Source of the DNA: a virus
Reading direction: 5' to 3' (one strand)
DNA: 64,000 bases
IMG/VR virus record: IMGVR_UViG_3300044835_000040
Coordinates: 65,071 to 129,070 of that record
Part shown: positions 48,756 to 59,843 of the stretch, in pieces
Numbering within the stretch: the first letter of the stretch is position 1
Layout of the letters: every line of letters starts with the position of its first letter
The notes under the pieces: generated by a model
What the model saw: only the letters and a program-made list of their open reading frames with translations
Databases searched by the model: none
Told to the model about the DNA's origin: nothing
Program-made: the position numbers and the translations under genes

Positions 48756-51700
48756 TAGAGGCACGGTCGAGGAGGGCGGCGGCGGGATTCACATGGTGTT
48801 CGCGACGAAGCGCGCGGGCGAACGGCTACGCGAACGCGGGATGACGATGGTGCTGTACGAAGGGCCGCACGGCGGCGTGATGGTCGTGCCGGTCGTCTCC
48901 GCGGCACTGGGCAGCCTGCAGGCGCTCGACGGCGGCATCGCGGGATTCCTGGAGGGGTCCTTCGGGCCGCAGGCGCAGCCGACAAACCGGCAGCCGATCC
49001 GGGTCGTGACGCCGCAGTCATTCACGGCTAATCAGGACGCCGGGTCGGAGCGCCTGACGATCGAGCCGCTGCTGTGAGGGCGAAGCTGTCCGCGACGGAG
49101 CACGTGGTCACGGTCACGCGGGAGGATGCTCGGTGCTGCGATCGGCACTCCTGCTACGTGGCTCGCTGTAGCTGCGGCTGGGAGACGGACAGGCGCGACA
49201 CGGAAGCCGATGTGGGCTACGCGTACGATGCGATCCGGGCGCACAAGATCGACGTGCTGCTGCATCACTCGCGCGTCAAATTCACGATGAAGCGGGAGGG
49301 ACTATGACGACGAGACGGCCGGTGCACGCGCGGCAGGCAGGCGTGCTGATCTCTCGGCAGGCGGGCTACGACAGCCGCTGCTCGATGTGCGACGCGATGA
49401 TCCTGGGCTACGGCGGCTCGATGTCGGCGAGCGAGCTGATGAGCAAAGAGATAGAGACCGGCCGTTCGCACGAGCAGCATCCGCTCGACACGCTGGACAC
49501 GATCGTGAAGGTCGACGGCGAGTGGGTTCACGCTGACTGCGCGCGTGACGCGGGCTACGAGGTGGGCGAGTGAAGCGCGTCGGTCCGCATCGTCGGCTGA
49601 AGCGCAGCGAGAGGCCGCTGGGGCAGCGCGAGTGGCGTTTCTGCGTGTGGGGCGGTAGGTCGGGCTGGACGTGGGTCGGCTCAGCGGAGGACCGGTTCTA
49701 CGCGGCGCGTGAGGGCGAGCGCGCGTTGTGGTGCCAGCCGCCGCTGCTGGTGGTCGCTCGGCAGTTCACGGCGGCGGTCGAGGCGATAGGCTCTGATCTG
49801 ATCGTGGAGGCGTTCGTGTTCGAGGATCTGATGGCTGAGGTGAGCAGCGACGCGCCGACGGGCACGGTCGCAGCGGCGGGATTGTGGGAGCGGCTGGTCG
49901 AGCGAGCATTCGAGACCCTGGAGGTGAGCGATGGCGCATGGCGAGAAGAAGGCTGACGTGCTGGGCCTGATCGAGCGGCTGCTGGACACGCCGCGCTTCA
50001 CGGTTGACTTCGGGGAGATAGACAGGTACGGGGTGTGGATGCACGCGGTGATCGAGGCGCGGATGTACGTCGCGCGGTGCCGTGCGGGCACTGCTCCGAA
50101 ACAGACCGGCAACCAGCGTGCTGAAGCAGTGGAGAAGCTGCTCGGGCGGATCGTCTCCCCGGACCTGATCCATGATCTCGCGGACGAAGGCGCTCGCGCG
50201 CGGCTCGCTCTCGCTGCTGCGGGGATCCGGGTCACGCCGGATGAGAAGTTCACGGCGCCGCGTGCGGAGGACTGCGGTTACGGCTGCTGCAAGGCGGGAG
50301 ATGAGGGCATCGGCTCGGAGGTGATCGAGCGCGAGGAGCGCTTCAAGGTCACGAACAAGATCGGCGGCACCGGCTACTACGACGCGAACGGCCGGACGGT
50401 CGAGGAGATGTGGGATGCGTTCGGTGGCCGCCGTGGGCCGAGCGCGCCGAAGGCGATCGAGCTGGAGTGGCGGATGGTGGGGCCGTGGCAGTCGACGCCG
50501 ATCGTAGAGGTGGCCGCGTGCACGCCGAACACGCTCGGGATCGTGATGCGTTCCAGTCCCGACCAGCCGTTCTCGCCGGGGTACATCGGAGATCTGGAGG
50601 AGCTGCGCGCTGCAGGGTATGAAGCACGGCCGCTTCACGGCGGCGTGGTATCGGCCGAGGACTTCCCGGAGCTGCACGCCGCGCTGAGAGGCGTCTACGG
50701 CACCTACGGCGACACGTTCAAGCTGCCCGACTTCCGTGGGCGCGTGGTCTGATGCTGAGCGCGCTGGACGTGGAGATCGTCGGCACTGAAGACGAAGCCG
50801 AAGCACGGTGCCGTGAGTGCTCGGAGAAGCACTTCGGTCCGCTCCGCGCGCAGCGCATCATGGCGTGGCTGGAGCACGACGAGACCGGCTTCGGTCCGCG
50901 GGCGCTCGCGCGGTGGCAGGCGAACGAGGACGCGATGGAGCGCGGCTACGAGTGCGACTGCGGCAAGTTCCCCGCTGAAGATGCGTCGTGCCCGTCGTGC
51001 GGCGTGTCGCCGTGCGTAGACTGCGGCAAGCGGCTCGACTCGCTCGACACGCCGCCGGTGGCGTCGTGAGCAGCTTCGGCTTCTACGGGACGAACGCGGA
51101 CCCGCAGGAGCTGCTGCGCCAGCGCAACGATGACGTGGGCATGGAGCACGCTCGGCAAGAAGCTCTGTACGAGCGGCATATGGAGGAGCGGCACGAGCGC
51201 GAGGAGCTGGACCGGCAGGCCGAGGATGAGCGCCGCCGGGACGAGGCGTTCCAGACGCGCCAGTTCGAGGAGTTCTTGGAGCGCCAGTACTTCGAGTCGC
51301 TGGAGATCATGCATGGCTACGAGAGCTACGAGGCGAGCGACTGATGACGCTGACCGACATGGAGAGCCGCGCTCTCGACGCCGCGAAGCGAGGGTGAATG
51401 CGTCGACCGGCTGACTGTATCGACGACGCCGCGGACTTCCGTGCTGAAGCGGTCAACGCTGACGGCGGGCTGATCGCGCTCAGTGACCAGCTGGAGGCGA
51501 AGGCGCTCGGGCTGGGGCTGCTCGGCGGTGAGCAGGAGCGGTACTCGGGGATCCGTGCGCTGGCGTTCCTGATCGCGCTGAGCGACGCGATCTTCGACCA
51601 GCTGGAGGAGGAGCGCGGCACGCTCTGCCCGCACATGGTGGACCCGTCGGCCGCGGAGATCATCGACTGTCACTTCGGGTTCGTGGCGTGCCGGACGTGC

Positions 51701-53023
51701 TCGGTGCAGCTGCGGCAGCTGATGGGGCCGTGGAACGAGGAGGGCTTGTGCGACGTGTGCGGGGCGAAGGCGCCGCCGCCGGGGGTGACGATCCCGATGG
51801 TGTTCGGTCCGCTCGGTTCGGCGGTAGCCTTCGCGGACGTATGCGGGGAGTGCCGAGATTTCCTAAGAGGGGACGAGTGATGGGCTGGGGGCTGTGCGGT
51901 GAGCTGGAGACGATCGCGCGGCAGCCGTGCGGTTGCCTCGGCGACATACACGCGTGCGGCGATCGGCATTGGCGTGACGGCTCGGGCGTGGACATCGGCG
52001 AGCCGTGGTACTCGCGCTTCGAGACGCCGGAGCCGCCCTACACGATCGGTCGGTACGGCCGTGAGTTCGTCGGTAGTTGGGATGGCGGCGCCGAGCCGGT
52101 GACGGTCGAGTCGTTCGCGCACTTCGAGCGGATCTTCGGGCCGGACGGACATGCGCAGGAGAGGGACGCTGCGGCTCGACGGTGGGCGCACGCCTGGATC
52201 GCTGCCCGGTACGCGCGACCACGGCGGACGCTGCTCACGCGTGGGCCGTGGTGGATGACGCCGATCGGCTGGGCGTTCACGGCATGGGTCGCGTGGCGCT
52301 GCTGGAGGGACCGCTGATGGACTTCGGCGGCGTGCTCGTGCTCGCAGCGCTCTACACAGCGACGGTGATGGCGGGCGCGCTGACTGTGGTGGTGGCGAGC
52401 GATGTGCCGCACGCGCTGCTGGGGATCATCGTGTGTCTGTTCCTGTTCTTCGCGTTCGGGATCGGCTCGATCGACCTGACGGTGCTGGACCTGTGAGCGA
52501 CGACGTGTTCACGCGGCTCGCGTTGGAGGCCGCCGCTGAGGGGATAAACGAGGGCCGTCGTCGCGATCTCGCGCGCCGCGCACGCGAGGTGTGGGAGCAG
52601 GACCCCGAGGTTGGGGCGCTGCGCAGGTCGATCGAGCCGCCTACGATCCGCCCGATCCAGGTCCGCTTCAGCGACGGGTCGATTGCCGGTGAGGTGGTCG
52701 GCGCTTCATACCAGGAGCTGCCCGGCATTCGGCCCGTCGACCCGCCGGAGGACCCCTACACGTGGGACTCCCCGGACATCGAGTTCAAGATCCGCTACGA
52801 GTTCGCGCTGGCCGGGGCTGTGCGCTCGCCGCTTGCGACGCTCGGGATCCCGGTCAGGCTGAGCATGGACTTGGATCCCGACGCGTGGTATCTGTTCGCG
52901 CCGCCGCGGTCGCACGCTGCGCAGGCCGAGGACTGGATCGTCGACTTCCGCCTGTGGCCGTCGTGGGGCGCGTTCTGGCAGGCCGTGAAGCACGCGTTCC
53001 TGTCGGGGGTCGAGGATGCCTGA
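48745..53023 (+). other. run of small coupled hypothetical ORFs, many Cys-rich
   Basis: Chain of overlapping start/stop codons. Confidence 0.5.
49931..50752 (+). CDS. mosaic protein ending in a tail-collar-like motif
   Basis: C-terminal VSAEDFPELHAAL...YG..DTFKLPDFRGRV. Confidence 0.6.
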   Translation: MAHGEKKADVLGLIERLLDTPRFTVDFGEIDRYGVWMHAVIEARMYVARCRAGTAPKQTGNQRAEAVEKLLGRIVSPDLIHDLADEGARARLALAAAGIRVTPDEKFTAPRAEDCGYGCCKAGDEGIGSEVIEREERFKVTNKIGGTGYYDANGRTVEEMWDAFGGRRGPSAPKAIELEWRMVGPWQSTPIVEVAACTPNTLGIVMRSSPDQPFSPGYIGDLEELRAAGYEARPLHGGVVSAEDFPELHAALRGVYGTYGDTFKLPDFRGRVV

Positions 53024-53435
53024 GTTCGTCGGTGTCGAGCAGCGCGACGTGAACGACTGCCTCGTCGCGTGCTTGGCGACGGTGCTGGAGCTGCCCTACA
53101 GCGACGTGCCGTCGGACATCGCGTATGACGGGCACGACAGCGGGCGGCAGTCTCGCGCGGTGCGGGACTTCCTGGACAGCTTCGACCTGACGCCGTGGAC
53201 GTTCCAGCTGCACGGGCAGGAGAAGCCGCTCGTGAAGTTCGGCACGGCGACACCGCAGTGGCATCTGTTCCCGCCGGGCTGCTGGCTAGCGACGGTGAAG
53301 TCTCCGCGTACGGGGCTCGGGCACGTGGTGGTGATGCGCGGCGCGGCGATGCTGTGGGATCCGCACCCGAAGCGCGAGGAAGGCCACCACGGGTACATGC
53401 AGGCGATGATCCTGATGGCGAAGGGACCGGCGTGA
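53016..53435 (+). CDS. C39-like cysteine peptidase fold protein
   Basis: EQRDVNDCLVACLATVL...GHVVV...WDP. Confidence 0.65.
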   Translation: MPEFVGVEQRDVNDCLVACLATVLELPYSDVPSDIAYDGHDSGRQSRAVRDFLDSFDLTPWTFQLHGQEKPLVKFGTATPQWHLFPPGCWLATVKSPRTGLGHVVVMRGAAMLWDPHPKREEGHHGYMQAMILMAKGPA

Positions 53436-53845
53436 CGCAAGCTGCCGTGATCCGGGTGCGGATCCCACGCCGTGCCGTGCGTAGACGCCGTAGGCCGCCT
53501 CGTGCGCTGATCGCGGTCCTGATGTTCGCGTGGGGCCTGCTCGGGCTCGGCGCGCTCTGGGCGGCGATTGCGTTGAAGACGGCGGCGCCGACCGCCATCG
53601 AGGCGGCGAGCCTCGCGGTGGCGATGCTCGCGTGGAGCGGCGCGGGCTACCTGTTCTGGCATCTACATCGGCACTGGGAGATGTGGATGACGAATGACCG
53701 CCCCGTCACCGCGGGTCTCTGGCGCGCTTCGCAGCTGGTCGCTTTCGAGGGCACCGTGATGTTCGCCGCTGCGCTCGCGCTCCCGCTCTGACGTTCCGAG
53801 CCTCCCCGTACGATCAACGGGTCCATCGAATCGAGGAGGCTTGCT

Positions 53846-54253
53846 GTGAAGCTGCAACTGAAACTGCCGTCCGTAGCTACGACGGTCGCTGCGCTCGTGC
53901 TCGGGGTGCTGACGGTGCTGAACACGACGACGTTCCAGCCGGGTCCGCCGTGGCAGACGGGGATCAACATCGCACTGCTCGCGGGCGCCGCGTTCGGGGT
54001 CGCTCCGCTGCTCGGGAAGGCGTGGGCGTCCGCGCTGAACCTGACGGTCGCGCAGACGAGTCTCGTGACGGGTGTGCTGTCGTTCCTGCAGCTGTGGCAG
54101 CAGAGCGAACCGCTCTCCACCACGCTGCACGCGGTCATCGTCGGCGTGATCACGGTCGCTGCCGGGCTCGGGTTCGGCGTGAACATCGCGATCATCAGCG
54201 GGAAAGCGAAGACGCTGATCGTGGCGACGTTCCGTGACGAAGGGCGATGGTGA
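53846..54253 (+). CDS. multi-TM membrane protein, holin candidate
   Basis: About four hydrophobic segments in two similar halves. Confidence 0.5.
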   Translation: MKLQLKLPSVATTVAALVLGVLTVLNTTTFQPGPPWQTGINIALLAGAAFGVAPLLGKAWASALNLTVAQTSLVTGVLSFLQLWQQSEPLSTTLHAVIVGVITVAAGLGFGVNIAIISGKAKTLIVATFRDEGRW

Positions 54254-54519
54254 CGAGCAGGAGACCGAGGGCGCGGGTCAGCAGGGGCGGGACCGAGATC
54301 AACACGGGCGGCGGCGACGCCGAGGTGAACACGGGCGGCTCCGCTGGCACGTCCGAGGGCGACGAGTCCGGCAGCGAGGGCGGCTCGGAGGAGTAGATCC
54401 GCTGCTGTCAGTAGCCTGATTGGAGAAGGTCCGCCTCCTCCCGCAGTGCGAGCGTCCGGCGCCCCCCGCTGGGCGCTCGCCGCTTCAGGCAGTTAGAGAT
54501 CCCGTGGGACCATCGAGCT

Positions 54520-54906
54520 ATGAGCGAGGTGTGGTCACCGGAGGCAGTGAAGGAGTACTGCGACAGGCGCATCGACGATCACCGCGAGTACGTCGAGCAG
54601 CTAGCGCAGCAGCGCGATAAGCGACTGGACGAACAGGCCGAGGCGCTGAAGCGCGCTGACAAGCGGATGGAGGGGTTCGTCACGGTCCGGACGTATGACG
54701 CGGGCGCGACCGCGACGGGCGCGCAGGTGATCGCGCTCGCGGGCAAAGTGGAGACGAGCGAACGGGCGCAGATCGCTGCTGAAGGCCGCAAGGCGGGGCT
54801 GCTCGGGTTCGCGCACGGCACGTCTTCGTGGGTCAACTTCGCGTTCGGGATCGTCGGCACGCTCGGCGGGATCCTCGGGATCCTCGGCGCGACGGGGAAC
54901 CTATGA
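54520..54906 (+). CDS. coiled-coil protein with C-terminal TM (lysis accessory-like)
   Basis: Coiled coil followed by a Gly-rich TM. Confidence 0.5.
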   Translation: MSEVWSPEAVKEYCDRRIDDHREYVEQLAQQRDKRLDEQAEALKRADKRMEGFVTVRTYDAGATATGAQVIALAGKVETSERAQIAAEGRKAGLLGFAHGTSSWVNFAFGIVGTLGGILGILGATGNL

Positions 54907-55314
54907 CCGCGAACGACCTTGCGTGGGGCGTCGTCGGCGCGTGCTTCGCGTTCGCGACCGAACGCGCGTGGCGGCGCTGGGCGCGTCGGCTGCTGCGCGA
55001 AAAGCTCGGGATCGAGGAGCTGCTGTCGTGAGCGAGGTCCGCGCGAAGACCCGGTTCCAGGAGCTGTGCGACCTGTGCGAGCGCAACGGGCTGATGGTCG
55101 AGCTGTGGCGCCGCGATCACGACGGCGTGCTGGCGATCTGGGTCCTGCCGTCGCATCGGCATGGCGACACTGAGCTGGAGGGCGTCGACGTGCAGGTGCG
55201 GACCGCGACGGTCGCTTCGCCGTTTGTGATCGGGACGAAGGTCCAGAACAAACTGATCACGATCGAGATGGCGGTGCCGCAGCTGATCCAATGCTGCGGG
55301 AAGGGCTGCCGCTG

Positions 55315-55647
55315 ATGCCGCTTCAGGGACGCCGCCTACCCGACCACGGCTACCGCGACCGGGACACGGTGCAGCCGGGCGACTACTGGCTGACGGAGGA
55401 CCATCGCAGCGTGTGGGTCGTGCTGCCGCACCCGCCGAACTGGGCGCAGCAGGCCGAGGATCCGCTTGACCGGCTGGCGCTCGCGCAGCTGCCCGTGCGT
55501 GAGGGTGACACGACGGAGCTGGGCCGCCCGGCGTGGCAGATGGTCGAGCACGAGGACGGGACGATCACGATCACGCCGTCGATTCACGACACGAGCGAGG
55601 GCGGCTACCACGGGTTCTTGACGAACGGGTGCTGGTCCGATGGCTGA
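55315..55647 (+). CDS. DUF6527-like protein
   Basis: WQMVEHEDGTITITPSI...YHGFLTNGCW. Confidence 0.6.
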   Translation: MPLQGRRLPDHGYRDRDTVQPGDYWLTEDHRSVWVVLPHPPNWAQQAEDPLDRLALAQLPVREGDTTELGRPAWQMVEHEDGTITITPSIHDTSEGGYHGFLTNGCWSDG

Positions 55648-56233
55648 TGTCGGCAAAGCGATCGAGGACGTGAAGGAGATGCGCGCGACGCATGTCTACT
55701 GGGCTGAGTACTTGGCGACGTGGGCGGTCCCGGCAGCGACCGTGGAGCTGGTCGGGAATCAGGCTGAGCACGAGGAGCTGGTCGTGCAGTACGACAACAT
55801 CCTCGGCTGCCTGCAGGCGGCACGGTGAGAGCGATCTCGACGTGGGCGGTCTGCGGCAACTGCGGTGTGTGGCGGTTCCTGTGCGGCTGCGCGCACGAGT
55901 GCGAACGGGAGCGTGAGTGACCAGCACGTGCCCCGTCGAACGCGGATCCGGCGCGAAGCGCAGGAACGGTCATTCCGACGAGGCGGACCCGGCGACGTTG
56001 ACGATCGAGGGGTCTGGTACGCTGCTCGTCCACTGCCAAGGTGCCCCGGACGACGTGGCTGGTGAGAGAGCGAGCCCCGAGACTGACTTGAATGTCGAAA
56101 GCCAGGGTACGGCTTGTCTCGGGGGTACCCCTCCCGGTTCTACAGATGCCATAGCGAAGTGCGAAGTGGTATGCGCGAACTGCCACGCGACCCGCACATG
56201 GCGACGTGCTCAGAACGAGGAGGCGGCTACCGC

Positions 56234-56839
56234 ATGAGCTGGCCTTGCACGTGGTGGGAGCAGACGGGCCGGGAACACCGCGCGCTCTGCGCTGAATGCC
56301 CGTGCGGGCATGAGACGCGCGAGGACCTGGGGCTGATCGCGGAGGACAGCGTGGCGTGGTCTGACACCGCACGGTGGCCGGAGTGCTGCGAGGCGTGCGG
56401 GCATTCGTTCGATTACTTCGACAGCGACAGCGTGGGCCGCTCAGCGACGGCGAGCGCCGAGTTCCGTTGCCCGGCGACGGGCGCTGTGGCACTGGCGCGC
56501 GACTTGCCGATCGGTGCGCTGTTCGACTGCGGGTTCGGCCGCCCGCGTGGAGGCGTGCATCTGGTGTGCGTCATCCCCGGCGAAGGGCACCCGACGGGGA
56601 CGCGCACGGTCGACGGCGTGCCGGTCGGCGTGCACCACTGGCACATCGATCAACGCGCGAGCAACTGCGGCTCGCCGGAGGACAACGAGCACTTCTGCTG
56701 GTGCCGCCACGGCGATCCGAGGAAGCCCGAGACGGTGCATGTCGACAAGGCGTGCAATACCTGCGCGGCGGGCGCGGGCTCGATCGCGGTGCCGGGCTTT
56801 CACGGCTTCTTGCATCATGGCGAGGTCGTGCAGGCGTGA
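56234..56839 (+). CDS. Cys/His-rich protein with DUF6527-like tail
   Basis: WHIDQRASNC...HFCWCRHG...CAAGAGSI....FHGFLHHG. Confidence 0.6.
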   Translation: MSWPCTWWEQTGREHRALCAECPCGHETREDLGLIAEDSVAWSDTARWPECCEACGHSFDYFDSDSVGRSATASAEFRCPATGAVALARDLPIGALFDCGFGRPRGGVHLVCVIPGEGHPTGTRTVDGVPVGVHHWHIDQRASNCGSPEDNEHFCWCRHGDPRKPETVHVDKACNTCAAGAGSIAVPGFHGFLHHGEVVQA

Positions 56840-57844
56840 GTGAAGACCAGAAGGTCCTGCGCAAGCTGCGCCGCGGTGAGCTGTTCGCGCTCTGGCGGTG
56901 CGTCTTCTGGCTCGTGAACATGCCGACCGCGATCGGCTTGTACGCGTTCGACAAACCGATCTGGCTGCAGGTGAGCGTGCTGTATCTCGTGATCGTGAGC
57001 ATCTACGCCAACATCGAGTCGGCGTACTCGTCGCTGTCGGCGAAACGAGCTGAGCGCCGGTCGCTGGAGAATCCGCCCGCGGAATGATGGCGGCCGGGCA
57101 CGGTTTGGAGAGCGCACCCGGCCGCGCGACGGAGACGAAGGTAGACCGACAGCTGGAGGGCCGCCGCAACGCTTCCGTCGAGATCGCATAGTACCCTCCG
57201 TGGAGTGTCTGTACAGGCGAGCTGAGGAGGTCGGGATGGATGCGACGGCGAACGGGTGGCTGGTCAAGGACGTGGACGCGACCACCTCGGAGAGCAGCAC
57301 CGACAACTACATCGGCCCGTTCGACACCGAGCCGGAGGCCGAAGCGCACGCTGAAAAGCACCGGCAGGAGTTCCCCGGTCATCTCGTCAGCGTCGCTCCG
57401 CTGATCGACCCCGCGAACTGCTGATGGAAGGCGAACAGATCTTCGCGGTCGACTGTGGGTTCGTCGGCGAGGACAGTCTCGCGCTGCGGCTGTTCGTGCA
57501 GGCGGCGAGCTTGGAGGAAGCCGAGGAACGCGTGGGGCGCTTCATCGGCGATGCGCGGGAGGCGTTCGCTGACCGTGAGGTGTGGGCCAGCGCGTCGGAG
57601 CAGACGACTGTGCAGGCGGCGCCGACGCCGTGAAGCTGAACCGGATCCTCGGGGGCTCCGGCCCGAATCAGGTCGCTCGCGGCAACGGCGATGGGACCGT
57701 GACACGCGGGGATCTGTTCGTGCGTGAGGACGGCAGGGTCGAGTTCATCGACGTGGAGACGCAGCAGACGATGCGCGGTGAGGGCGACTACAGCGGCGCG
57801 ACGGGCTACATGGTGCTGGTCCGGGTCGAGAACTGCTGAAGGGG

Positions 57845-57903
57845 TTGCACGCGCGACCGATGGTCGCTATGCTGTGTGAGCAACCGAATCGAAGGAAGGT
57901 GCG
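57845..57903 (+). promoter_or_regulatory. promoter with operator and conserved leader
   Basis: TTGCAC-17-TATGCT; GCGACCGATGGTCGC at 57853-57867; followed by GCAACCGAATCGAAGGAAGGTGCG. Confidence 0.85.
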
Positions 57904-57905
57904 AG

Positions 57906-58166
57906 ATGGCAGTCCAGGAGCTGAAGGCGTATCAGGAGGCGTGCGAGGCGATGCCTACGGGCGAGCTGGCCGAGGTGCTGCGTGATGGCTATTCGGCGGA
58001 CGCTGGCAAGCTGCGGGTGCTGCTCGCCGTGGCGGCGCACCGGCTGAGCGCGCTCAGCGGCATCGAGGCTATCTGTGGGGCGATGGAGGCGCGGCGCTCG
58101 CGGCTCACGGAGCAGGCCGATCGTGCCCGCATCGGTGTGGGCTTGCCGTACGATGGGAGCGCGTGA
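57906..58166 (+). CDS. hypothetical protein
   Basis: ATG after the conserved leader. Confidence 0.6.
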   Translation: MAVQELKAYQEACEAMPTGELAEVLRDGYSADAGKLRVLLAVAAHRLSALSGIEAICGAMEARRSRLTEQADRARIGVGLPYDGSA

Positions 58167-58973
58167 TGGAGAGCGCTGAGCACGCGGCCGCGGTCGAGGC
58201 CGCTGAACGGATGAGCGACAACGATCTGATCGCGCGCGTGGAGCCGCTGTTCGAGGACCAGCTGCTCGCGGCCGCGGAGGAAAGCGGCGAGGACATGACG
58301 GAGGAGCGGGTGCTGCTGCAGGCGCTGCGCCGCCGCTTCAACCAGTACAGCAGCGCGCTGGCTCGGATCGAGGCGTGGCCTGCGCCGTCGGACCCGGCGT
58401 ATCAGGAACGGACGGCGCACGACATCCGGACCGTCGCGAGCGCGGCGCGGCGGCGCCCGCCGGAGAAGTTGTGTCAGACGATCTGGCCGGTGCACAAGAC
58501 GGAGATGGAGAAGCCGTGCGGGCGCCCGCATAGCGAGCACCGGAACGGGATCGGGCCGTGCGAGGCGACGGGCTGCGACGCGTTCCGTCTGTTCGGTGAG
58601 TGGCGCGCGGTCGGCTACGTGAAGCCGACGCCGGGGTACTCGGGGCTGACGACATGAGCGCGTTGCCGGAGCACTACAGGGCGTCGCTGAGCGGGCTGCC
58701 GGTCCCGACGCCGGGGATCCCGCAGGAACGGTTCTGGCGGCTGACGTGCAGGTGCGGCTGGCGGACGGAAGGCGTGACCTGCAAGGACGTGGAAGATGCC
58801 TTCGAGGAGCACGCTCGCCCGACGCGCGTGGTGCAGATCGAAAAGGGCGCGCGGGCGCTGCACGAGCACGACGACGCCGAGTGGGACTTCGACGACGAGA
58901 CGAAGGAGTACTTCCGGGGCGTCTACGAGGAGAAGGCCGCGGCAGTGCTGGACGCCGTGCTGGGGCCGTGCGT

Positions 58974-59843
58974 ATGAGCGACCAGCACCTGCAACGGGGA
59001 CTGCTGAAGGCCCGCGCTCTGGACGAGGGCATGAGCGAGGCGCTGTTCGAGAGGTGGCTGTTCGCAGAGAACGTCGCGCTCGGGTGCGCGCCGTGGGACG
59101 CGCTGAAGCAGGCCGACCGCTACCGGGAGGTGCTGAGCGCGATGCTCGCGTTCGTGCGTGGTCGCCCTGCGGAGCAGCGGCGCAGCACGGCGCATCTCTA
59201 CGACTCCCGTGTCGACACGTACCAGCACATCGACGTGGTGCGCGGCTACCTGAACGACGTGATCATGGAGCTGATCGCTCGCGGGGAGAGGCACGACCAG
59301 TCGAAGCTCCAGTCTCCTGAGCGCGAGGCGTTCGACGAGTTCACGCCGAAGCTAAAAGAGCTGACGTACGGCAGCGACGAGTACAAGGCGACGCTCGACG
59401 CGATGTCCGGCGCGCTTCACCACCACTACGCCGCGAACAGCCATCACCCGGAGCACTTCGGGAAGGGCATCGACGAGATGACGCTGCTGGATCTGATCGA
59501 GATGGTCTGCGACTGGAAGGCCGCGACGGAGCGTCACGATGACGGTGATATTCGCCGGTCGCTGCAGGTCAACGCGGAGCGGTTCGGGATCGGTAAACAG
59601 CTGCGGTCGATCTTGCTCGCGACGATCGAGGAGCGCGGCTGGCTGGAGCCGAAGACGCCGCTGCGTAAGGTCGGCACGCGCGAGGAGCTGCACGAGGTGC
59701 GGTCGCTCGGCACCGTGGATGGGCAGGCCGGTGTCTGGAAGCTGGTCTGCTGCTGCGGCTGGGAGAGCCTGGAGCGCGAATCGGCAGCGGGCGTCGAGGT
59801 TGAATACGGCCATCACCGTCGGCATGTGCTGGGGCTCCCGTGA
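58974..59843 (+). CDS. DUF5662 / HD-fold protein
   Basis: HIDVV...RHDQSKL...HHYAANSHHPEHF...DLIEMVCDWKAA. Confidence 0.8.
   Translation: MSDQHLQRGLLKARALDEGMSEALFERWLFAENVALGCAPWDALKQADRYREVLSAMLAFVRGRPAEQRRSTAHLYDSRVDTYQHIDVVRGYLNDVIMELIARGERHDQSKLQSPEREAFDEFTPKLKELTYGSDEYKATLDAMSGALHHHYAANSHHPEHFGKGIDEMTLLDLIEMVCDWKAATERHDDGDIRRSLQVNAERFGIGKQLRSILLATIEERGWLEPKTPLRKVGTREELHEVRSLGTVDGQAGVWKLVCCCGWESLERESAAGVEVEYGHHRRHVLGLP

Noticed and set aside
55940-56140. tRNA or tmRNA
   Set aside because: No T-loop GTTCRA or acceptor stem; no tRNA recognised anywhere in the window
57090-57180. Paired hairpins as an ncRNA
   Set aside because: Also an open 34-codon frame coupled to the upstream gene; GC-rich stems of this length can arise by chance
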